Source of the DNA: Thermoplasmata archaeon
GTDB taxonomy: Archaea > Thermoplasmatota > Thermoplasmata > UBA10834
NCBI GenBank assembly: GCA_014859835.1
Contig: JACZKW010000112.1
Coordinates: 1-52,972 of the forward strand
Length of the DNA stretch: 52,972 nucleotides
Reading direction: 5' to 3'
In this document: positions 46,543 through 52,972 of the stretch, piece by piece
Position numbering within the stretch: position 1 is the stretch's first letter
Layout of the letters: every line of letters starts with the position of its first letter
Position numbers and translations under genes: made by a program
The notes under the pieces: model-generated
What the model saw: the letters and a program-made list of their open reading frames with translations, nothing else
Told to the model about the DNA's origin: nothing
Databases searched by the model: none

Positions 46543-48006
46543 CTACTTCTTCAGCTTCGCGATCTCTCTCTCGCCTACTTTGTCCCTGGGCATGAGCCGC
46601 TTCATTCCTGCCATCATGTTCATCCCGAAGTTCATCATGAACGCAGGGAGGGAGATGCCATATCTGGTTCCCGTCTCGACCAGTTTTCCCGGGTTCATTA
46701 TGTCGTTCGGATCCATCATGGCCTTGATCGACCTTATCAACTCAGCGCCCTCCTTGCCACGGTACTTGGCAAGGTTGCCAGCGAAGAAGATGCCCAGCCC
46801 GACCGGTCTACCGCCGTTCTCGAAGGCGATATCCCCAAGCTTCTTGCCGAAGCCCATTGCTGCAGTCGAGCGCAGGAAGTTGTGCTCGTCCGTGAGGTAG
46901 TAAGGCATCAACATAACGGTGTTGTTGTCCACGATGGTGCCTATGGTCGGCGCCTTGAGCTTCATTTCTTTCACGAGCTTCTGCATCTCAGACAGGACCT
47001 TTTCGAAGTTCTCGATGGGGATCAGTATCTCTCCAGGTATCGCGCCGACACCCATCTCCCTGACCCTGAACTCGTAGCTCCTCTCGGACCATTCGTGATC
47101 GGCCACGTCCTTCGGCATCTTGGCACCTTCGGACGAGGCCATGATCTCATCGAGCGTCTTCTCCTCGGCATCGACCGACTCTTTCGAGCCAGTCAGGGCC
47201 ATCGTGATCATGCAGCCGATATCTGGGGCATGCTTTCCGACCGCTCTCAAATACTCGAAATGCGCACGGTCGCCGAACATGATGTGCATAGGGGCGACGT
47301 GCGTCCTCGTGACCTTCCTCATCGCAGGTGCGAACTTGGATAGGTTCTCGAAAGAATATGCGACGACTCTGAACTCCGCTGGCTTGGGTACTATGGACAA
47401 AGTGGCTTCAGTCACCACGCCGAGGATTCCTTCGGACCCTACGAATAGCCAGTTGAGGTTCGGGCCACCGCCGTTGGATGGCACGAATTTATCCCCTGTG
47501 TGAACGACCGCACCGGTCGGAAGGACCACCTCGAGGTCCCTGATGAGATCTCCAGCGCTCCCGTATTTGTACGCGCCTATACCAGTTCCTCCGGTCCCGA
47601 TCCATCCGCCTATTGTCGCGGATGGTGCGCTGCTCGGATAGCAGGGCAGGAACAATCCCTTCTCGTCCAGAGCATCGGCCAGAGCCTTCCAGGTGATGCC
47701 GGGTTGAACGGTTACGACGAGATTCTTCTCGTCTATTGAGATGATCTTGTTCATGGCGGTCATGTCCAGGACGATGCCACCCTTGACCGGAACGGATCCA
47801 CCGAGCCCCCAGGTCCCGGCTCCCCTGGGAACGATCGGTTTCCTCGTCGCGATGGCCTTCTTGACCATCTGAACGACCTCTTCCGTGTAACCAGGTCTTA
47901 CTACCTGATCCGGCATGGTCTTGAATATCACGTCCATCTCCTTCGGGAGCGGGGCGAGGTCATGGCTATACATTCTCCTCTCGAGTTTATCGTTCGAAGT
48001 ATCCAT
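46543..48006 (-). CDS. FAD-linked oxidase (GlcD / D-lactate dehydrogenase family)
   Basis: FAD-binding PCMH region PRGAGTWGLGGSVP, with a C-terminal FAD-oxidase domain. Confidence 0.85.
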   Translation of the reverse strand: MDTSNDKLERRMYSHDLAPLPKEMDVIFKTMPDQVVRPGYTEEVVQMVKKAIATRKPIVPRGAGTWGLGGSVPVKGGIVLDMTAMNKIISIDEKNLVVTVQPGITWKALADALDEKGLFLPCYPSSAPSATIGGWIGTGGTGIGAYKYGSAGDLIRDLEVVLPTGAVVHTGDKFVPSNGGGPNLNWLFVGSEGILGVVTEATLSIVPKPAEFRVVAYSFENLSKFAPAMRKVTRTHVAPMHIMFGDRAHFEYLRAVGKHAPDIGCMITMALTGSKESVDAEEKTLDEIMASSEGAKMPKDVADHEWSERSYEFRVREMGVGAIPGEILIPIENFEKVLSEMQKLVKEMKLKAPTIGTIVDNNTVMLMPYYLTDEHNFLRSTAAMGFGKKLGDIAFENGGRPVGLGIFFAGNLAKYRGKEGAELIRSIKAMMDPNDIMNPGKLVETGTRYGISLPAFMMNFGMNMMAGMKRLMPRDKVGEREIAKLKK

Positions 48007-48011
48007 TATAA

Positions 48012-48024
48012 CACCTTTCAGGTG
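48012..48024 (-). promoter_or_regulatory. Hairpin that pairs the Shine-Dalgarno sequence of the oxidase gene (CACCU-GAA-AGGUG)
   Basis: The plus strand CACCTTTCAGGTG is a perfect 5-bp inverted repeat. On the mRNA, AGGUG lies 5 nt before the ATG at 48006. Confidence 0.5.
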
Positions 48025-48233
48025 ATGACCGGTTACTGAGTGGCCTTAACCACCTTTGGAGGAAAGCGGTCATCCCCAATAAATATATACGTTTCAACAA
48101 CCCAAACGGTCGAGTCAGAGTCTCATTTTCGTCGAAATCGGGTGGCTTCACGTCGAAACATTCTTATCTGCCCCTTGTGTGATTGTCCTCGAAGCATCGA
48201 ACTGCTAATATCTATACTGGGGTGAGGTAGAGA

Positions 48234-49112
48234 ATGAACGCCACTTTGCGAACTATGGGGCTCTTCATGGTGCTGACGCTGCTCTTCATGGGCATCGGTT
48301 TCGTGCTGGGCGGCTACTTCATGAACGGTAATTGGATTCTCGGTGCGGTGCTGTTTCTCGGGCTCGCCGCCATCATGAATGTGATATCCTATTTCCTGAG
48401 CGCCAAGATAGTACTATGGTCATACCGTGCGAAGATCGTCTCCGAGGCGGAGGCACCGAGGCTTCACAAGCTGGTCAGGGGCATCTGCCTCAAGGCCGAC
48501 CTGCCGATGCCTAGGATCGCCATAGTCCCGACGCAGAACCCGAACGCCTTCGCGACCGGCCGCAACAAGAAGAATGCCGTGGTCGCGGCCACTGAGGGGA
48601 TAATGGTGCTCCTGAGCGACGATGAGCTCGAAGGCGTGCTCGCGCATGAGATGGCCCATGTCAAGAACAGGGACATCCTGATCATGTCCGTCGCTGCCAC
48701 GATCGCGGGCGCCATATCGTTCGCAGCTCGGATGGTCTTATGGAACTCGATGTTCGGTGGCAGGAGGGGGAACGGAAACGTGATCCTACTGCTGGTGGTC
48801 GCCATAACGGCCCCGATCGCAGCCATGTTGATCCAGCTGGCTATATCTCGCAACAGGGAGTACAAAGCCGACCGCGAAGGTGCGTTGATGATCCAGCGCC
48901 CGCTCGCTCTTGCACGCGCCCTCGAGAAACTCGAGAAGGGCAACATGCGCAAGCCGATGCAGCGTGGGAACCCGGCAACGTCCTCGCTGTTCATCGTGAA
49001 CCCCTTCAGGGGCGGTGGGATGATGATCTCACTGTTCATGACACATCCGCCGATGGCTGTGAGGATAAAGCGTCTCCGCGAACTCGCAGACGAGACGGGC
49101 TTCATAGGCTGA
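48234..49112 (+). CDS. htpX: Protease HtpX (M48 family)
   Basis: HEMAHVKNRD zinc motif and four TM segments. GGTGAGG Shine-Dalgarno upstream. Confidence 0.9.
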   Translation: MNATLRTMGLFMVLTLLFMGIGFVLGGYFMNGNWILGAVLFLGLAAIMNVISYFLSAKIVLWSYRAKIVSEAEAPRLHKLVRGICLKADLPMPRIAIVPTQNPNAFATGRNKKNAVVAATEGIMVLLSDDELEGVLAHEMAHVKNRDILIMSVAATIAGAISFAARMVLWNSMFGGRRGNGNVILLLVVAITAPIAAMLIQLAISRNREYKADREGALMIQRPLALARALEKLEKGNMRKPMQRGNPATSSLFIVNPFRGGGMMISLFMTHPPMAVRIKRLRELADETGFIG

Positions 49113-49124
49113 TCAGAAACGCCT

Positions 49125-50417
49125 TCAACCAACCTTTTCCCATTTCTCGAGCTTAAGAACACTTGAGAGTGTGCCGCCCCGTTTTATCTCCTCTCGAATA
49201 CGGTTCTCTCTCTCCATGACATCCAATGCCCGGTTCGCCACCTCGACGGCGTTCTCCTGCGGCACTACAACAACGCCGCTCTCGTCACCGATTATCCAAT
49301 CGCCCGTACGGACAGTGACCCCGCCGCACACGATCTCCTGGCCTATGCCGCCATATCCTTTCGGCTCCCCGGCGTTGGACGAAATATATCTTGAGAAGCA
49401 GGGGAATCCCATGTCGATTATTGCATCGACGTCCCTCGTGGCGCCATCGATGACCACGCCTGCGAGTCCTTTCGTCTTGCAGCTCCACGAGGCCAGCTCT
49501 CCCCAGACCGCGATGTCTCCGCCACAGGCATCAACCACTATCACACCGCCTTCGGACGCGCGGTCGATGGCTTCCACGGATTTCGCCCAGTCCCCGTTGA
49601 ATGTCTGGACCGTGACGGCGCGCCCGACCATCTTCATGTTATGAGCTATTCGGGGGAGTATACCCTTCATGGCACCTCTCTTGTGTTGGGCATCGGTCAC
49701 GTTGGGGGACGATACCTTCGAGAAAGCTTCGAAGAGCTCATCCGCGGAGTATTTCCTGAACAGCTCGGACATCTTCTTCTCGCCGGATACCATCGCATCC
49801 TTGACCGCCTTCGCGGCGGATGACACATCCATTGCTTTGATTATGGCCCCGCCGACGATGACGATCATCGCACCAGCGTTCACAACATCAGGTGCGGTCT
49901 CGCTGTTAATGCCACCTGCGGCAGCAACTGGGACCCTGACAGCTTCAACGACGCTCTTGAGTTCTCCAAGGGGAGAACCTCCGACCATCTGCTCGTCCAC
50001 ACCAACATGGACACAGACGTAATCGGCCCCCATCTCCTCGACCCTCTTCGCCCTCGCAGGTTTGTCCTTGACGTTGAACAGGTCGACCATGATCTTAGCG
50101 CCATATTGCCTGGCGCTGAGAACCGCCTCGGTTATCGTGGGATCAGAAGACAGCCCTAGTATGACCACCACGTCGGCACCTGACTTCGCAGCTATCTCGA
50201 CCTCAGCTCCACCGACATCGATGGTCTTCATATCTGCAACTATCGTATTTGCAGGAAAGCTCTTCTTGAGCTTTCTGATGATTTCCACTCCTTCGCTCTT
50301 GATCAACGGAGTGCCCGCCTCTATCCAGTCGACTCCACCACTGACTGCCTCCTTCGCGATCTCGAGGGCCCTCTCGCCTTGCACTAGGTCGAGCGCGACC
50401 TGAAGTACGGGGTTCAT
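49125..50417 (-). CDS. Fusion protein: 3-hexulose-6-phosphate synthase (HPS, OMP-decarboxylase fold) plus an RraA-like/aldolase-like domain
   Basis: N-terminal half LQVALDL....A........VDWIEAGTPLI......I...K.......IVADMKT.D. C-terminal half GDIAVWGELASWSCKTKGLAGVVIDGATRDV and GDWIIGDESGVVVVP, which is RraA/DlpA-like. The alternative start is the ATG at 50459. Confidence 0.75.
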   Translation of the reverse strand: MNPVLQVALDLVQGERALEIAKEAVSGGVDWIEAGTPLIKSEGVEIIRKLKKSFPANTIVADMKTIDVGGAEVEIAAKSGADVVVILGLSSDPTITEAVLSARQYGAKIMVDLFNVKDKPARAKRVEEMGADYVCVHVGVDEQMVGGSPLGELKSVVEAVRVPVAAAGGINSETAPDVVNAGAMIVIVGGAIIKAMDVSSAAKAVKDAMVSGEKKMSELFRKYSADELFEAFSKVSSPNVTDAQHKRGAMKGILPRIAHNMKMVGRAVTVQTFNGDWAKSVEAIDRASEGGVIVVDACGGDIAVWGELASWSCKTKGLAGVVIDGATRDVDAIIDMGFPCFSRYISSNAGEPKGYGGIGQEIVCGGVTVRTGDWIIGDESGVVVVPQENAVEVANRALDVMERENRIREEIKRGGTLSSVLKLEKWEKVG

Positions 50418-50529
50418 CGAGATGAATGACCCACCTGCCCCGATAAAAAAGTGTCGCATCACCCAATGACGTGCACGTGCCTGCGCATAAGAAACAATAA
50501 TATGCGAACCACGGTATTCATAAGGAACG

Positions 50530-51282
50530 ATGGAGCCAAGAACAGGTGATCGCGTCCGCTGCGCGACAGGTATCGACGGTCTCGATACCATATTGTATGG
50601 TGGCATACCCACAGACAACACTGTCATTCTCACTGGTAGCTGTGGCACTGGCAAGACATCTCTCGCACTCGAGTTTCTCATCCACGGCGCTCTGAACAAC
50701 GAAAACTCGTTGTTCATATCGGTCACTGAGAACTCTGAGAAACTCTTGGCGAACATAATACCCTACACATTCTTCGATAAGGACCTATTGAAATCAGGCA
50801 AACTGGTCTTCGTCGACCTCCCCGCCATGTATGATCGGCTGGGCATGACTAAGGCGGAGCTGTCGATGGAGGAGATCGACCTCCTCGTCGCGTCGATAAG
50901 CAGCCTGGTCAGGGAGCTGAACACCAAGCGGTTGGTCATAGATTCCATCACTTCCGTATGCTACAAGCTCAAGACGCCGGAGAAGATACGCGACTTCGTT
51001 CTCAAATTGAGCAAGGCGCTCTCGGACCTCAAGTGCACATCGATACTTGTGAGTGAGGTGGCACCGCATTCCAATGCGTACTCCCTGTTCGGCGTCGAGG
51101 AGGCAATTGCCGACGGTATCATGCTCATGTCGAACATGGAACGGAGAGGAGACCTCCTGCGCACCCTGCAGGTGATCAAGATGCGCGGGACCATGCACAG
51201 CCGAGCGAAGTACGTGCTCGATCTGACCCCGGTAGGCGTGCTTCTCGTGCCACTTCTGAAAGGCGGGAGTGCTGGGACATGA
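50530..51282 (+). CDS. KaiC-like RecA-superfamily ATPase (motifs intact)
   Basis: GIDGLD..L.GG, Walker A GSCGTGKTSLA, Walker B RLVIDSITSV and KMRGTMHS. Confidence 0.85.
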   Translation: MEPRTGDRVRCATGIDGLDTILYGGIPTDNTVILTGSCGTGKTSLALEFLIHGALNNENSLFISVTENSEKLLANIIPYTFFDKDLLKSGKLVFVDLPAMYDRLGMTKAELSMEEIDLLVASISSLVRELNTKRLVIDSITSVCYKLKTPEKIRDFVLKLSKALSDLKCTSILVSEVAPHSNAYSLFGVEEAIADGIMLMSNMERRGDLLRTLQVIKMRGTMHSRAKYVLDLTPVGVLLVPLLKGGSAGT

Positions 51283-51869
51283 GCGACGCCAATACCCCAC
51301 AGGGGATAGCCGCACAGCTTTCCGAACTCTCCCCAGGGTCGGCAGTCTCGTTGCAGATGAGCGTCGATAGCTACCTCGAAGTCATGCGCGGGGTGCTGGA
51401 CATCTTCGCCCGCAAGAAGGACATGGACACGATATACGTCACGGCGACCATCTCGTTCGAGGCCATAAAACGAGTGTTGGACGCCCTCGACATTGACACA
51501 TCTCGCATGTACTTCGTCGATTGCATCTCGCACATAATGATGGGCACCGCGGCCGCGCAGAAGGACGAGCACGCATCCCTGGTCGAGAGTCCCACGATGC
51601 TCGAGAACATCATGCTGAAGGTCGAATATCTCATAAGGATGTCACCGTCGAAGAACAAGCTGGTCGTGCTAGATTCGATCAACTCCCTCTCGATCCACAA
51701 CAACAACTGGATCCTCTCCGAGTTCCTTCACATATTGGTGTCCGGGCTCAGGGCGAAGGATGCATACACGATCATACTGTCTGTCGAGGAGCACTCAACA
51801 CCCGAGATCGTGAACCTGGTGAACCTGGTCGCAGACCAGGTCATACGAATCGGCAAGCCGGGGGACTGA
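51279..51869 (+). CDS. KaiC/RecA-like fold protein lacking a P-loop (predicted pseudo-ATPase)
   Basis: ATGA overlap with the upstream gene. Only a Walker B-like strand (LVVLDSINSL) and the following TIILSVEEH strand are recognisable. There is no GxxxxGK[ST]. Confidence 0.5.
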   Translation: MSDANTPQGIAAQLSELSPGSAVSLQMSVDSYLEVMRGVLDIFARKKDMDTIYVTATISFEAIKRVLDALDIDTSRMYFVDCISHIMMGTAAAQKDEHASLVESPTMLENIMLKVEYLIRMSPSKNKLVVLDSINSLSIHNNNWILSEFLHILVSGLRAKDAYTIILSVEEHSTPEIVNLVNLVADQVIRIGKPGD

Positions 51870-51870
51870 G

Positions 51871-52596
51871 ATGAACCTGACGAGCATGGGCATACCCGCT
51901 CTCAACGACCACCTCGGCGGAGGCGTCCTGAAGGGATCGACCGTCCTGGTCGTAGGGGGTCCTGGATCGGGAGCAGAATTCTTCGCGAAGCAGTTCGCAT
52001 CCACGGGGCAGGAGCCAGTGACCTACTTCACGTCAACGGAGAGGGACGAGGACGTCATGAGCATAATGCGCGAGCACGGGTGGAGGACGGATATCAATAT
52101 AGTCAATATCGGCACGAAGTACTATGAGAACGTGCTCGCAAAGAAACTTGAGATCAGCAAATTCAGGCAGGAAGGTATAACGCTCCAGGATATCCGACTG
52201 ATCAAGGACAAGGACGCGGGCAAGGAAGAGAACTTCCTGACCTTCCTCGCATATGAGATATCGAAGATCACACCTCCTTTCAGGGTGGTCATCAACTCGC
52301 TTGACTTCTTCCTCGAGAACTATGACAGCTCGGAGGTGCTCATGGCCATGCGCACGATAAAGGCGCATACGCAGCACTCGGAGAGTGTCACTTTGATGAC
52401 GATGCTCAAAGGCGTCCATGAGTCCCGTATCCAGAGCAGCATTGAGGACCTCGCGGACGTGATATTCGAGCTCGACAGGGAGAAGATCGGACAGGAGTTC
52501 AAGAAGTACATCGTCGTGCAGAAGGTCCGAAACAGGCCAGGCTTAGTCGGGATCCTGCCGTGCACATTCGATCAGACGGGCATACGGACCTGCTGA
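51871..52596 (+). CDS. KaiC-like protein with a degenerate Walker A and Walker B
   Basis: GIPALNDHLGGG, then GGPGSGAEF (Lys-Thr replaced by Ala-Glu) and a Walker B equivalent VVINSLDFF (Asp replaced by Asn). The start lies 1 nt after the upstream stop. Confidence 0.65.
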   Translation: MNLTSMGIPALNDHLGGGVLKGSTVLVVGGPGSGAEFFAKQFASTGQEPVTYFTSTERDEDVMSIMREHGWRTDINIVNIGTKYYENVLAKKLEISKFRQEGITLQDIRLIKDKDAGKEENFLTFLAYEISKITPPFRVVINSLDFFLENYDSSEVLMAMRTIKAHTQHSESVTLMTMLKGVHESRIQSSIEDLADVIFELDREKIGQEFKKYIVVQKVRNRPGLVGILPCTFDQTGIRTC

Positions 52597-52684
52597 AAAT
52601 CGTCCTTCTGGAACCGGTAACGGTGTTATCACAATGGCGACGTTTCGGCAAAAAGCGACGTTATTTAAACGATAATACTGTAAT

Positions 52685-52703
52685 AAGAAGACTAAGTCTT
52701 CTT
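52685..52703. repeat. Perfect 19-bp palindrome AAGAAGACT-A-AGTCTTCTT
   Basis: Read directly from the sequence. It lies in the 263-bp spacer between the KaiC-like trio and the pilin-like gene. Confidence 0.8.
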
Positions 52704-52791
52704 TGGCGTCATGATTTTGCGACATAGCCAGATGTTCTACTTCGGCATTGAGCGAAGTCGTGAACGCTCGATGATGATAACCAGCCGGAAA

Positions 52792-52802
52792 GCTATATAA
52801 AC
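52792..52802 (+). promoter_or_regulatory. Candidate TATA box for the pilin-like gene
   Basis: GCTATATAAAC lies about 60 nt upstream of the ATG at 52860, with an AAGGAGG Shine-Dalgarno at 52846-52852. Confidence 0.4.
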
Positions 52803-52859
52803 CCTGCCCAGCGGTTAATACCCTCAAGCGGGCCGAAAGGTTCGCAAGGAGGACATAAC

Positions 52860-52972
52860 ATGAAGCGAATTTGGGCAATCCGCAAGGATGCCGAAGCAGT
52901 ATCTCCGGTTATTGCTACCATCTTGATGGTCGCGATTACCGTCGTCCTAGCAGCCGTCTTGTACGTGATGGT
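52860..52972 (+). CDS. Archaeal type IV pilin-like protein (class III signal peptide), 3' end beyond the window
   Basis: MKRIWAIRKDAEAVSPVIATILMVAITVVLAAVLYVM: a basic leader, then the A/VSPVI processing-site context and a hydrophobic helix. Confidence 0.7.
   Translation, partial: MKRIWAIRKDAEAVSPVIATILMVAITVVLAAVLYVM

Noticed and set aside
46516-47343. A 275-aa plus-strand ORF antisense to the FAD-linked oxidase.
   Set aside because: It overlaps a strongly supported gene. The product is His/Arg/Leu-rich with no motifs and no credible start context.
52543-52878. A 111-aa minus-strand ORF covering the spacer before the pilin-like gene.
   Set aside because: It overlaps the 3' end of the third KaiC-like gene and the pilin promoter and start. 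It has no motifs and no SD, so it is probably non-coding.
1-52972. A CRISPR array, defence islands or toxin-antitoxin pairs.
   Set aside because: No array of regularly spaced repeats is visible, and the short direct repeats found occur only 2-4 times. I could not recognise any cas, restriction-modification or typical toxin families among the ORFs.

Overview
This is a gene-dense archaeal chromosomal segment of about 53 kb. Hand counts give roughly 55% GC. I could not find any rRNA, tRNA, CRISPR array, transposase or integrase. The gene content looks euryarchaeal, possibly Thermoplasmatota-like: PolD small subunit, PriS, Orc1/Cdc6, TiaS, an rpLX-pfdA-ftsY cluster and class III (type IV pilin-like) signal peptides. 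That taxonomic placement is inference only.

Recognisable core genes:
- CDC48 (truncated at the window edge).
- A complete A1A0 ATP synthase operon on the minus strand, in the order H-I-K-E-C-F-A-B-D (18134-26451).
- glnA, ADP-forming acetyl-CoA synthetase alpha subunit and dCMP deaminase.
- Orc1/Cdc6 with an adjacent candidate replication origin.
- hflX, tiaS, a thiolase, an M20 peptidase and a radical-SAM protein.
- An ECF transporter module (A1-A2-T-S), a FAD-linked oxidase, htpX and an HPS-RraA-like fusion.

The parts most worth a second look are not housekeeping genes:
1. A translationally coupled trio of KaiC/RecA-like paralogs (50530-52596). Only the first keeps a canonical Walker A. 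The trio sits directly upstream of a pilin-like gene that runs off the window.
2. A tightly packed V4R / KaiC-like / DUF835 / corrinoid adenosyltransferase operon (7788-9972). It is next to a wHTH plus degenerate P-loop regulator and a 1143-aa FG-GAP protein with a pilin-type N-terminus.
3. A membrane-tethered wHTH regulator, then a triple CACTTTTCA direct repeat, then a small secreted His/Met/Trp- and Tyr/Asp/Asn-rich Cys-terminated peptide, then signal peptidase I (27218-29392).
4. A low-GC hflX gene next to the predicted origin.
5. An SD-sequestering hairpin leader upstream of the FAD-linked oxidase.

All family assignments come from reading motifs by eye. No searches were run.
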